Source: a virus. From it: DNA of 64,000 nt. Numbering within the stretch: position 1 is the stretch's first letter; the number at the start of each line of letters is the position of its first letter. Positions 29,566 through 39,557 of the stretch are shown here, one piece after another. The notes beneath the pieces were generated by a model, which was not told the origin of the DNA, made no database searches, and was given only the letters and a program-made list of their open reading frames with translations. The stretch is from the IMG/VR virus record IMGVR_UViG_3300023179_000016, positions 89,400-153,399 of that record, one strand, 5' to 3'. Position numbers and translations under genes: made by a program.

Positions 29566-30266
29566 TGGACATCAAGTCTCTATTAGAAAAAGAACCAATT
29601 AGATACGTTTTGTTTCTTATAGTAGGAATAACTATAGGAACGATTTTTTATCCAACAAAGAGCATAGAAGAAACGCTTAATCAAAAGCATCAACAGGAAA
29701 TTGCTCAACTTAAGCAAACTTTTTCTACTGAGAAAAAATCACTAAACGAACAAATAGATTCTATTAATTCACAGTTTTCTTCTTACAAGAAAGAAACAGA
29801 TATTCAACTTACAAAAAATGTAAATGAAATAAAAGACTTAAAAAGAAAGCAAAAAACTTCATATTTTAAAATAATTAAGCCGGATGGAACCATAGAGATA
29901 AAGAAATTTTCTGAGTCTGAAGAGACTGAATCTCAGAGAGTTGTTGAGCAGGTTCAACAAGAATTTAAGATTAAATTAACTCAAATAGAGCAAAAATGGG
30001 AACAAGTGCATAGAGACAGAGTTGAACAGTTAGATAAATCGTTCAAACAAAAAGAAAGTAATTACATAAAAACCATAGAAGAATTAGAAAAGTCTAAGAC
30101 TATTCTAATAAATTCTAAAAAATTTACAGTTGAGGCTGGCATTATGACTAATAAAGACTATTATGGCCACGCTACAATGGATGTCTGGGGACCAATGGTT
30201 TTAGGAATACATGGTCAATTTAATGTAAATAATGCCATGGGAGCAGGCATAGGTATCAGATTCTAA
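29565..30266 (+). CDS. Membrane-anchored coiled-coil protein with C-terminal beta-strands (candidate spanin)
   Basis: Hydrophobic YVLFLIVGITIGTIFYP, long Q/E/K helix, terminal GAGIGIRF. Confidence 0.5.
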   Translation: MDIKSLLEKEPIRYVLFLIVGITIGTIFYPTKSIEETLNQKHQQEIAQLKQTFSTEKKSLNEQIDSINSQFSSYKKETDIQLTKNVNEIKDLKRKQKTSYFKIIKPDGTIEIKKFSESEETESQRVVEQVQQEFKIKLTQIEQKWEQVHRDRVEQLDKSFKQKESNYIKTIEELEKSKTILINSKKFTVEAGIMTNKDYYGHATMDVWGPMVLGIHGQFNVNNAMGAGIGIRF

Positions 30267-30613
30267 TGCCAAAATATTATTTTTTCTGTGAAAAGTGTGA
30301 TATTAAGGTGCATAGATATGTGGCATCTAGTGTATTAAGTACTGTTTGTACTTGTGGCAATAAGACTACCCGTTTGCTCCCTAAAATAGACGGACAGACT
30401 GAAGTCCGCGAGATAGTTGATCCTTATCTAAATAAGACGCATCAAAAGGATCAAAAAGAAATATTAGATGAACGTAGAGAGCAATACTATTGGGAAATAG
30501 AAGTGCCCAGATTGATAGAAAAATACTCTTTAGAGACATGTTTAGAACAAAAATGGCTTGTCTATAACGACAAGGGCGAATTAGTAATAAACAAAGCTCC
30601 GTCAAAACGCTAG
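30266..30613 (+). CDS. FmdB-like zinc-ribbon protein
   Basis: MPKYYFFCEKC...CTCG...RL pattern. Confidence 0.65.
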   Translation: MPKYYFFCEKCDIKVHRYVASSVLSTVCTCGNKTTRLLPKIDGQTEVREIVDPYLNKTHQKDQKEILDERREQYYWEIEVPRLIEKYSLETCLEQKWLVYNDKGELVINKAPSKR

Positions 30614-30625
30614 TATAAAAATACT

Positions 30626-32338
30626 ATGCAAATAATATCTGTAAATATAGAAAATATTTTAAGTTTTGAGAAGGCTTCTTTGTCTTTTGAAGACAAGGGA
30701 CTATGTTTAGTAGAGGGGTGGAATTTTGACGCCGAGAGATCCAATGGCGCAGGGAAATCTGCTATATTTAATTGCATAAGTTTTGCCCTATATGACAAGT
30801 TTCCAAGAAAAATCACTGCTACAGAAATTTTAAGAAGAGACACTAAGAAAGGTCAAGTCACTGTAAAAATTCTATGTGGCGAAGACGAATGGACCATAAT
30901 TAGAAAAAGACCAAAAGAAGTTAAATTCTATAAAAACAATATAGAGCAGACCCTTACTCAAAGCGAATTCGAGTCTCTAATCGGATTAAACTATGATCAG
31001 TTTATCATTACAGTTTATAATAGTCAAAATGTTGGAAATAATATTAGATTTTTAAACTGCTCGGATTCCGATAAGAAAGGTTTTCTTTTAAAGCTACTTA
31101 ATTTAGAAAAACTTGATCTTTACAAAAAGAACTCAGACTTAAAATTTAAAGAATTAAGCTCGCAGATAGAAGAACACACCAATAAGATATCTAATCTAAA
31201 TGCAAAAATAGATGCTTACAGGGAATCTCTAATAGATGAGAATGAAGTCAATATTAACATTGTTGAGATTAAACAAAAAATAGAAGATTTAAACTCTAAA
31301 CTGATTCAGTTAAGTCTAGTTGAAAAACCAGATATTGATAAATTTTATAAATTAGAGGAAGACATTAAAAACAAGATTCTAGTGATAAATAAGGTCAAAT
31401 ATAAAAGAGAACTGTTGTTTAACGAATATCAAAAGATCGACAATACTGCAATAGAAAAAACTTGCATGCATTGCGGCAATACTATTAGTGCAGATACTGT
31501 TGAACTACATAAAGAAGAAAAAGATAGAACTTTACAATCTATAAAGAAACAATTAGATCAATACGATTCTGACTGCGTCAAGGAAAATGAACTAAATGAC
31601 TTACTATCCAAGATAAAACTAAAGAAAAACTCCAGTACTGCAGAATACGATAAGGCTAAAGAGCAAAGTTTAGATATTAAAAATATTATAAATATTTATA
31701 ATTCGGAGTTGAATAGTTTAAATTTAAAACTTAAAAATAATTCAATATATTTAAACAAGATCAATGATTTAGTCAATTCATGTAACAACATGTCGACATT
31801 GGTTGATGAAAATAAGCGCGAATTAGAGTTTTATAAAACCATATCCAACATTTACTCCTCTACCGGAGCGCAAGCCTATATCCTTGATTCTATTATAGAT
31901 TACTTCAACGAGAGTGTCCAAAAATATATGCAAATATTGTGGCCTAATATGGATTACACTTTAAATTCTTATAAGGAAACCTTAAAGGGCGAAACTGTTG
32001 CAAAGTTTTCAGAAACACTGACTATGGATGGTAAGCAGATCTCTATAGGAAGTCTGTCCGGTGGCGAATATCGAGCTGTGTCCTTGTGCATCGATTTTGC
32101 TTTATTAGACGTAATAAATAATCAATTTAATATTAATATCAACCCAATTATATTAGATGAACCTTTTGATGGATTAGACTCGGCAGGGAAAGAGATAGTA
32201 ATTTCTCTATTAGAGGGAACAGCTAAAGATCGTCAAATACTTGTAGTAGATCATGCTAGTGAGTCTAAGTTATTGTTTTCTAAAGTAATAAGCGTTGAAA
32301 AGAAAAATGGCATATCTTCTATTAAACTAGAAGTATGA
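30626..32338 (+). CDS. SbcC/Rad50 (T4 gp46-like) recombination ATPase
   Basis: NGAGKS Walker A, coiled coil with CMHC zinc hook, LSGGE signature, ILDEPFDGLD, VVDH. Confidence 0.93.
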   Translation: MQIISVNIENILSFEKASLSFEDKGLCLVEGWNFDAERSNGAGKSAIFNCISFALYDKFPRKITATEILRRDTKKGQVTVKILCGEDEWTIIRKRPKEVKFYKNNIEQTLTQSEFESLIGLNYDQFIITVYNSQNVGNNIRFLNCSDSDKKGFLLKLLNLEKLDLYKKNSDLKFKELSSQIEEHTNKISNLNAKIDAYRESLIDENEVNINIVEIKQKIEDLNSKLIQLSLVEKPDIDKFYKLEEDIKNKILVINKVKYKRELLFNEYQKIDNTAIEKTCMHCGNTISADTVELHKEEKDRTLQSIKKQLDQYDSDCVKENELNDLLSKIKLKKNSSTAEYDKAKEQSLDIKNIINIYNSELNSLNLKLKNNSIYLNKINDLVNSCNNMSTLVDENKRELEFYKTISNIYSSTGAQAYILDSIIDYFNESVQKYMQILWPNMDYTLNSYKETLKGETVAKFSETLTMDGKQISIGSLSGGEYRAVSLCIDFALLDVINNQFNININPIILDEPFDGLDSAGKEIVISLLEGTAKDRQILVVDHASESKLLFSKVISVEKKNGISSIKLEV

Positions 32339-32344
32339 TAGTAT

Positions 32345-32650
32345 ATGTATATGGATCAGATGCAAGATAAAATTGATGAACTGATAAAGGCATTAAAACA
32401 GTCTAAGAATATCATTTCTCCTGCTCCTCTTGCCACGATTCCAGCCTTAAAACCTATTAAGGCACCATCTATGGTCGTATCCAGCACTTCTAATCCTAAA
32501 TTGCCAGCGCCGGCGCCTGATGCTAAAAAAGACCCAAAAAAAATTGCTCAACAAATAAGAGATGGCGCCATGTCTACAAAGACGCAAAAAATAATGTTAA
32601 AGAGTGAAACATTACACATTTCACCCAATGGGCAATGGACCTTAATATAA
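32345..32650 (+). CDS. Small Pro/Lys-rich protein, possibly head-associated
   Basis: LIKA and MLKS motifs like those of the head proteins; C-terminal NGQWTL. Confidence 0.45.
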   Translation: MYMDQMQDKIDELIKALKQSKNIISPAPLATIPALKPIKAPSMVVSSTSNPKLPAPAPDAKKDPKKIAQQIRDGAMSTKTQKIMLKSETLHISPNGQWTLI

Positions 32651-32691
32651 AAACATAAATTTATATTTTTAAAATAAGGTATCATCAATAG

Positions 32692-33246
32692 ATGAAGAAA
32701 AAACCTTCTTTTAATCAAGAGATGGCTATACGTGGAGCCAATAGAAGGCTTTTTGCCAGAAGCCCGCTAGTGATACAAAAATTAGAGCAGTCTAGACAAG
32801 AATTTCCTAGATTTAAAAAAGATGGATCTAGGCATAAAAAAAATTGGGTCAAAAGACAGTGTGAAGTTTGTCAAGAATGGGTCAGCAGCTCAAAGATAGC
32901 TGTTGACCATATTGATCCAGTTGTTCCACCCGAAGGATTCCCCGTAGAATTTGATATGTGGGATAGGATAACTCTTTTTCTTAAAAGACTCTGGTGCGAT
33001 ATTTCAAATCTTCAGAGAATTTGTAGCGAATGCCATGATAAAAAAACCTACAAAGAGCGAATAGATAGATTGTCTAAAAAATACATAGATGAGCTTAACA
33101 TAATCGAAATAGAATTAAAGTCAAATAAAAAACAATATTTAGATTTTAAGAAACAAATCAAAAAATATCTTGCAAAAAAGAAAATAGTTGGTTTAGAACC
33201 TGTGGTACAAAAGGCATTGGCGATCAAAAATAATTTTGAAAAATAG
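32692..33246 (+). CDS. HNH endonuclease
   Basis: CEVC...VDHIDPVV...NLQRICSECHDKKT. Confidence 0.85.
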   Translation: MKKKPSFNQEMAIRGANRRLFARSPLVIQKLEQSRQEFPRFKKDGSRHKKNWVKRQCEVCQEWVSSSKIAVDHIDPVVPPEGFPVEFDMWDRITLFLKRLWCDISNLQRICSECHDKKTYKERIDRLSKKYIDELNIIEIELKSNKKQYLDFKKQIKKYLAKKKIVGLEPVVQKALAIKNNFEK

Positions 33247-33254
33247 GAGAAAAT

Positions 33255-33554
33255 ATGGCCAACATGGAATCTGTTAAAAAAGTGCTCAGTAAATCTTTTG
33301 TCGACAATCATGACAATATAAATGAAGATGTCGCCGGTGAATTAATAATTAAGGCAGAACAAAAGATTAAAGAAATTGAAGAAGAAAAGGCAGCCGATGA
33401 AAAGCTTATGGCGGCAAAACAAATAGTCAAAGATATCAATAGTGCATATACTAGCGCAGTAAAGTATGAACGGGCTAAAATATCGTTCTTGCTAGAAAAG
33501 ATCAATGAGATACAGACAGGTCAAGTAAACCCTAGTTCAGGCGCCAACTCTTGA
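33255..33554 (+). CDS. Hypothetical coiled-coil protein
   Basis: 99 aa, SD AGGAG. Confidence 0.65.
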   Translation: MANMESVKKVLSKSFVDNHDNINEDVAGELIIKAEQKIKEIEEEKAADEKLMAAKQIVKDINSAYTSAVKYERAKISFLLEKINEIQTGQVNPSSGANS

Positions 33555-33575
33555 TATAATAATTAAGAGGTTAAT

Positions 33576-33935
33576 ATGAGTTTAAAAACAGATTATTTTG
33601 ATGGCTTAACTGGTTTACACCAAAAAGAGATTGATGCATTTAACGCCGGTGTTACATTCGTTAATGTAAGCAATCTCAGCACTATTAGTGCTGAGATGGT
33701 AAATGCTGCCTCTGCAGGTAAAACTTCTTTCGTGGTCAGCATTACTACGTCCTATTTACCTAATGTCTTAAGAGGCAGTAGAGGCGATAATCTAATCGCT
33801 AAATCTTATCTAGCGGGCGTAAGAAAGGCACTATCTGATCAATCCGTGTTTGAATACGAGTGTACTCCTACCCTAAATATCGCTGATCCTCTTAATGTTA
33901 AGATAGATCTAAATTTCAATTTTCAAACAACTTAA
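33576..33935 (+). CDS. Hypothetical protein with its own promoter and terminator
   Basis: TGATATAAT at 33552-33560, SD GAGG, strong terminator downstream. Confidence 0.65.
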   Translation: MSLKTDYFDGLTGLHQKEIDAFNAGVTFVNVSNLSTISAEMVNAASAGKTSFVVSITTSYLPNVLRGSRGDNLIAKSYLAGVRKALSDQSVFEYECTPTLNIADPLNVKIDLNFNFQTT

Positions 33936-33957
33936 TTTTTATATAAAATTTAATTAT

Positions 33958-33990
33958 AAAAGGCCGGCGCAATGCCGGCCTTTTCTTTTT
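33958..33990 (+). terminator. Rho-independent terminator
   Basis: AAAAGGCCGGC-gcaat-GCCGGCCTTTT followed by CTTTTT. Confidence 0.88.
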
Positions 33991-34003
33991 GTATAATTCG
34001 TTC

Positions 34004-37000
34004 ATGTCATCCGGAAAAATAAATTATCTTTGGTTGGACGTCGAAACAACAGGTTTAGACTCTGTTAGAAATGACATTGTGCAACTTGCCTGTATACCTG
34101 TCATCGATGGGGTTGAAAATTCTCATTTTAATGAATACTGTCAGCCACATGATTGGTCTACCGTAGAAGATGGCGCAATAGCAGTTTCTGGTATCACAAG
34201 AGATCAATTAAAGACATTTCAAGACCCAAAATTACTAATCAGTAAACTAATATCATTCTTGCGTAAGTTTAATACTAAATTTACTATAGCAGGATACAAC
34301 GTGTCTTTCGATAAAGACTTCCTTTCTTCTGCCTTTAAGAAGGCAAATAAAGAAAGAGAGTATTTTGAGCTATTCACTTCAGATGTAAGAGATACATACA
34401 AAAGGGCTAAAAGATTAAAGAGTCAATTACAGACGCAAAATCTAAAATTAGCCACATTAGCCAAACACTTTGATCTTCCAATACAAGCACACAACGCTAT
34501 ATCGGACATTACTGCTACCATGAAGGTAGATAAGATATTAGCTAACATGCTTGGTGAGACTGAAATAAAAATAGATGACAGTTATGAAATAATTGATATA
34601 GAGTTGCCAGAACCTGCGCAACTCCATTGTCATTCAATGTTTAGCCATACAGACTCCCTTAACTCTGTCAAAGAGTGGGCAGAATGGTGCGAGACCAATA
34701 AAATACCAGGATTCTCAATAGTCGATCACGGAAATGCGACGTCTCTGTTTGATATGGTGCGGATCACTAATTCGGTTGTTGGTGTGCCGGGTTGCGGTAT
34801 ACTTGTTAATCATAATAATTTTAAATTTTATTTAAATGCTTGGGCAACTTCTAACACTGGATACAGCAATATTTTAAAATTGGCCTCTATAGGTTGGTCA
34901 TCGAGAATAGAAGATTCTTCTATAGAGTTTCCAGTTGTTTCTTTAGAGCAGATCATAAAATATAAAAACGGCATTGTATTCGGTGTTCCTGGGGCAAACG
35001 GACCAATTAAAGAATTGCTTATTTCTAGGCAGACTGAACAGGCTCAAGAAATAATAGAGATGTTAAATTCTAATCTTGATATTAGATTAGAATTAGCCGC
35101 AGTAAACATCCATCATTTCTTTGATTCGACTATAGGTTTTGTGGGATACAATGTCGATGGTGGAAATATACAAAAACATATAAATCAGTTCTATTACGAC
35201 ATCGGAACTAAATTAGGCATCAAGCTGGTCCCTGTCACAGATGCCCATTTTATAAATAAAGAAGACAAGATAGTACAGGATTGCATATCCAAGAACTCCT
35301 ACAAAGACAATAGATATTTCTTTGAAAGTCGCCATCAGATAAAGTCTAGAGAGATGTATTCTATATTAAGATCTCATATAGGCGATTCATTTACTGTAGA
35401 AATCTATAAACAGCTAGTATCTAACACTATAGATATAATTGAATTAGCTAGATCAATCAAGATAAAGCATGAATATCATTTACCAAATATTCAGATACCA
35501 GAAGAAATAAAGCAAAAAACATCTGATTATGGTCAGCAGTGCTATTACTACACCTTACAGAAGATAAAAGAACACGGTAGATGGAACAACTCTAAAGAGT
35601 ATGTTGAAAGATTTAAAAAAGAAATAGATGTTATTACTAAAAACGACACCCTCAACTTCCTACCGTACTTCCTCATATATGAAGATGTCTGTAGACACGC
35701 TAGATCTTCTGGTTTTTTACAGGGAATTGCGAGGGGGTCCGCCGGTGGATCACTATTAAGTTTTTATTTAAAGATAATTCACGTCGATCCTGTAAAGGCA
35801 AATCTTCCCTTTGAAAGATTTTTAAGTAAGGCCAGAATCAGAGCCGGATCCTTTCCTGATATTGATCTTGATATCGCGGATAAGGCTAGATCATTGGTAA
35901 TGAAATTCTTAAAAGATAAATATGGTCTTGGTTTTGCTCAAATCTCTACCTTTAATAAAATGAAGACTAAAAATGCCATAAAGGACGCCATGTACGCTCT
36001 TTATGGCAGAAATCGCAACGACCCTGAAGTTAAAGCCGTATGCGATCAGATAGATGACAGCCCTCAAGGCGTCGACGAATATGATTTTTTGTATGGATAT
36101 GCAGATCAAGAGGGAATAGAACATCAAGGCGAAATACAGAAGAAACAGATCTTAAAAAATTTCTTTGAGCAGCGCCCTGAAGTAGAGTCTATGGTTAAAA
36201 AACTAATAGGTTCTATTAGAGGATGGTCCAGACACGCATCTGCATTCATCATATCTACCTTAGACCTATCGATGGATCGCGTGCCTACCATGATTATGGA
36301 CGATAAAGAATTGGGTGAAATATTGGTGACTCAATTCGATGCCTCTATGGTCGAAAAATCAGGTCTAGTAAAGGCGGACATATTAGGCATTAAAACGTTA
36401 ACTACTACTTCAGATGCCATAGAACTAATAAGACAAAATCACTCTATAGATCTATTAGCAGAAGACAATGGCGTCCCATTGGTATATAGACTGCCCGATA
36501 AAGATTCAGGTGTTTTCGCAGACTTTTATAATAAAGATACTGACTCTTCGTTCCAATTTAACACTGAATTAATTAAAGGGTACGCAAGAGAGTTTGCTCC
36601 ACTATGTAAAGCAGATTTGGCATCTATGACTTCACTTTGTAGACCTGGAGCACTTGATGCTCCACTATATGATACTACAGCAACTCAATATTACATGGAT
36701 GTTAAGAATGGAAAAAGAGATATAGAGTATCTGCATGAAGACTTAAAACCCATATTAAAAGACTCCAATGGTGTCTTTCAGTATCAAGAAGAGGTCATGA
36801 AATTCCTCGTGGATATAGTTGGATATTCATGGGAGGAATCTGACATGATCAGGTCTGCTATCGCCAAAAAGAAACATGAAGTCATCATGAACACTTTTTC
36901 TCGTATTAGGCAATCCTGTTCTGAGAGAGGTTGGGAACTAAATGCCATAGAGACTGTATGCCAACAGATCCAAGCCTTCTCCAGATACTCTTTTAACAAG

Positions 37001-37960
37001 AGTCACTCTTATGCATATGCTGAACTTGGATATATTACTTTATATTTAAAGCATCACTACCCGTTAGAGTGGTGGTGCAGCGTATTAAACAATGAAGATA
37101 AAGAGGACAAGATAAGAAAATATATCTCTTATCTAGGTGACAAGATAGCTGCACCTAGTCTTAAAAAACCAACTAATAAATTTACTATTTCTAATGGAAA
37201 AATAGTTGCACCTATATCTGCTATAAAAGGAGTCGGTCCAGCAGTTGTCGCTGAAATAGTGAATAAAGGGCCATTTGAGTCAATAGATCATTTTATGTCG
37301 ATAATAGACCATACAAAGGTTAATATAGGCTCTATGAGCGCTTTAATAAAGGGTAGAGCGGCAGATACATTGATGGACGAATCGATAGACAACTATATTG
37401 ATAGAAGAAAAGCATTCATGAAAAGATATTCGTCTCTTAGAAAGAGTAAGACTAAGTTTAAAGACGAGATGTATGATCTAGACTCTATTAATATTTTCTT
37501 GCAAGAAAAAGAATATAACCAGGTATTTAATAAATCTCTGCTTTCTTTTTCTGAAATAACCGCTGTCCTACAAACAAGGTGGCCAGGATTAAAAAGAACT
37601 GGTAGAAAGGGAATACCTTTCTATATGCAGTCCAATGGCTCAAAAGAAACATATGTATTGGGCAGTATTAAGGTTGCAGAGGGTCTTTTAAAGAAAAACT
37701 TTGAAGATGATGTTGGTATCATACTATTGTTTGAATCTTCTAGCTACAGTAACGGCATTTCAAAGAAAAGTGGAAGACCTTGGCACAAGGTTTCCGTCAT
37801 GTTGTCAGATGGATACAACGTAATGGAAGCTGTAATGTGGGACGTTAAAAAATCATTGGGGTGGAATAAAAATACAATAGTTTATGTTAGTGGAAAGTTG
37901 AAGCAAGGGTGGAAGACACCTATTAGTATAGATGTAAAAGAAATAACGAAAGTTGAATAA
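34004..37960 (+). CDS. dnaE: DNA polymerase III alpha (family C) with fused N-terminal DEDDh 3'-5' exonuclease
   Basis: Exo motifs LDVETTG, GYNVSFD, HNAISD; PHP LHCHS, DHG, TDAH; ARGSAGGS, PDIDLD, KADILG, YSFNKSH. Start set at ATG 34004, 6 nt after TATAAT. Confidence 0.93.
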   Translation: MSSGKINYLWLDVETTGLDSVRNDIVQLACIPVIDGVENSHFNEYCQPHDWSTVEDGAIAVSGITRDQLKTFQDPKLLISKLISFLRKFNTKFTIAGYNVSFDKDFLSSAFKKANKEREYFELFTSDVRDTYKRAKRLKSQLQTQNLKLATLAKHFDLPIQAHNAISDITATMKVDKILANMLGETEIKIDDSYEIIDIELPEPAQLHCHSMFSHTDSLNSVKEWAEWCETNKIPGFSIVDHGNATSLFDMVRITNSVVGVPGCGILVNHNNFKFYLNAWATSNTGYSNILKLASIGWSSRIEDSSIEFPVVSLEQIIKYKNGIVFGVPGANGPIKELLISRQTEQAQEIIEMLNSNLDIRLELAAVNIHHFFDSTIGFVGYNVDGGNIQKHINQFYYDIGTKLGIKLVPVTDAHFINKEDKIVQDCISKNSYKDNRYFFESRHQIKSREMYSILRSHIGDSFTVEIYKQLVSNTIDIIELARSIKIKHEYHLPNIQIPEEIKQKTSDYGQQCYYYTLQKIKEHGRWNNSKEYVERFKKEIDVITKNDTLNFLPYFLIYEDVCRHARSSGFLQGIARGSAGGSLLSFYLKIIHVDPVKANLPFERFLSKARIRAGSFPDIDLDIADKARSLVMKFLKDKYGLGFAQISTFNKMKTKNAIKDAMYALYGRNRNDPEVKAVCDQIDDSPQGVDEYDFLYGYADQEGIEHQGEIQKKQILKNFFEQRPEVESMVKKLIGSIRGWSRHASAFIISTLDLSMDRVPTMIMDDKELGEILVTQFDASMVEKSGLVKADILGIKTLTTTSDAIELIRQNHSIDLLAEDNGVPLVYRLPDKDSGVFADFYNKDTDSSFQFNTELIKGYAREFAPLCKADLASMTSLCRPGALDAPLYDTTATQYYMDVKNGKRDIEYLHEDLKPILKDSNGVFQYQEEVMKFLVDIVGYSWEESDMIRSAIAKKKHEVIMNTFSRIRQSCSERGWELNAIETVCQQIQAFSRYSFNKSHSYAYAELGYITLYLKHHYPLEWWCSVLNNEDKEDKIRKYISYLGDKIAAPSLKKPTNKFTISNGKIVAPISAIKGVGPAVVAEIVNKGPFESIDHFMSIIDHTKVNIGSMSALIKGRAADTLMDESIDNYIDRRKAFMKRYSSLRKSKTKFKDEMYDLDSINIFLQEKEYNQVFNKSLLSFSEITAVLQTRWPGLKRTGRKGIPFYMQSNGSKETYVLGSIKVAEGLLKKNFEDDVGIILLFESSSYSNGISKKSGRPWHKVSVMLSDGYNVMEAVMWDVKKSLGWNKNTIVYVSGKLKQGWKTPISIDVKEITKVE

Positions 37961-37970
37961 AGGAAAAATT

Positions 37971-38489
37971 ATGGCTAAATTTCTAATTGTTAAAAATAAA
38001 CCAGAAGAGCTAAAAAAGGGCGAATATGTGATAGATGCACCCTCTTTCATGGAAGAGATTGTATCCAATAAAACTAAAGCACCTAAAAATGGTCTTACCG
38101 GCGCATATCATTTGCGAGTAATAGCAGACACCATAGCCCAAAACTATGATCCGGAAAACATGAACGGATTCTCCGTTAAAGTTCATTCCTATGAAGGAAG
38201 ACCTTTTGCTACCGATGAAGATCTCAATACAATAGTTGTAGAGATGCTAAAAGAATCTTGTCCGTCTGTGTTTTTGAAATACGTGGATAAAAAAATACGC
38301 AATAGACCATTCGGGACTAACTTAGTTTATTATGTTGATTCAAATTTGAAAGGAGCATATGAACTGTTTTATAAACATGGATTATCTGACGCTAGAGAGG
38401 TAGAACCGGATACTCAAAAACTAAAAAAGACCGTAGGAAAACCTGCATTAACAAAAGAACAAGCTGAAGCTGTATTAAAACAATCTTAA
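37971..38489 (+). CDS. Hypothetical protein
   Basis: ATG 37971 with AAGGA SD; lies between the polymerase and SSB. Confidence 0.6.
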   Translation: MAKFLIVKNKPEELKKGEYVIDAPSFMEEIVSNKTKAPKNGLTGAYHLRVIADTIAQNYDPENMNGFSVKVHSYEGRPFATDEDLNTIVVEMLKESCPSVFLKYVDKKIRNRPFGTNLVYYVDSNLKGAYELFYKHGLSDAREVEPDTQKLKKTVGKPALTKEQAEAVLKQS

Positions 38490-38555
38490 TAATTTTAAGG
38501 TATAATCGGAATATGGCTAATTGCCATATAATCAATAACCTATGAAGGAATATCT

Positions 38556-39545
38556 ATGACTCCAGTTAATAAAATCAAAATCAATCTAGACTCTTTAAAA
38601 GCCCGCCGTGAATGGAAAAGACATAAGGTCAAAGACGGACACAATGTCTTCCGAATCCTCCCTCCATTTGGAGAATCATCTAATGGATATGCTTATCGTA
38701 AGTGGCAAATAGTTTGGGGCCTGACCGACCCTGAATCTGGACGCATGAGACCTTTTGCTTCTTCGCTTACCAGCGAAAAGCGTTGTCCTGTCACAGAATA
38801 CGTTCAAGCCCTTAAAAAGAAAGCTGATCAACTTAGATCACAACTCCAGGCAACTGGAGAAACAGAAGATGTCATCAAAGAACGTCTATCTACTCTTAAT
38901 AAATTAGTGACAGATTTAACGCCAAAAACCGTATATATCTACAATGCGGCAGATAAATCTGGCGAAGTTGGTCTTCTTGAATTAAAGTCAACTGCACACA
39001 AGAAAATGAAAGCCGAAATGATCCAGTATATCCAGGATTATAACCAGGATCCAACGTCTCTTAATTCCGATGAGACAGATTCTGGTGTGTGGTTTGATGT
39101 TGTCAGAACCGGCGAAGGTCGAGATACAGAATATGACGTTAAAAAATATCAAAACAAAGTAAAAAAGGCCGGCGGTGGCTTTTCATTTGAAGACGATAGA
39201 TCTGCATTACCAGACTCTATAGTCGAAAACTATGAAAATATGGCATACGATCTATCGTCTGTTTATCAAATAAAGACCTACGAAGAACTAAAGCAAATAC
39301 TAGAAGCTAATATGCCTAATCTTCTTGATGTGTGTCCGGACGCAGCACTAGATGATGTAACTGTTGTTACGGTCTCAACTAAAACAACCGCAAATCCAAC
39401 TAAGGGAAAAAAGCCGGTTTCGCTTAAACTAGAAGATCTAGATGACGAAGAAGATGTAGATCTTGCCCCTAAAAGGACCACAAAACCATCTAAATTGATG
39501 GATGATGATTTTCTTGCCGAAGCAGACGCGATCCTTAATTCCTAA
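38556..39545 (+). CDS. Single-stranded DNA-binding protein, T4 gp32-like
   Basis: FRILPP, IYNA, GEGRDTEYDV, acidic tail DDDFLAEADAILNS; adjacent to UvsY/RecA-like genes. Confidence 0.78.
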   Translation: MTPVNKIKINLDSLKARREWKRHKVKDGHNVFRILPPFGESSNGYAYRKWQIVWGLTDPESGRMRPFASSLTSEKRCPVTEYVQALKKKADQLRSQLQATGETEDVIKERLSTLNKLVTDLTPKTVYIYNAADKSGEVGLLELKSTAHKKMKAEMIQYIQDYNQDPTSLNSDETDSGVWFDVVRTGEGRDTEYDVKKYQNKVKKAGGGFSFEDDRSALPDSIVENYENMAYDLSSVYQIKTYEELKQILEANMPNLLDVCPDAALDDVTVVTVSTKTTANPTKGKKPVSLKLEDLDDEEDVDLAPKRTTKPSKLMDDDFLAEADAILNS

Positions 39546-39557
39546 ACGGATCATAAA

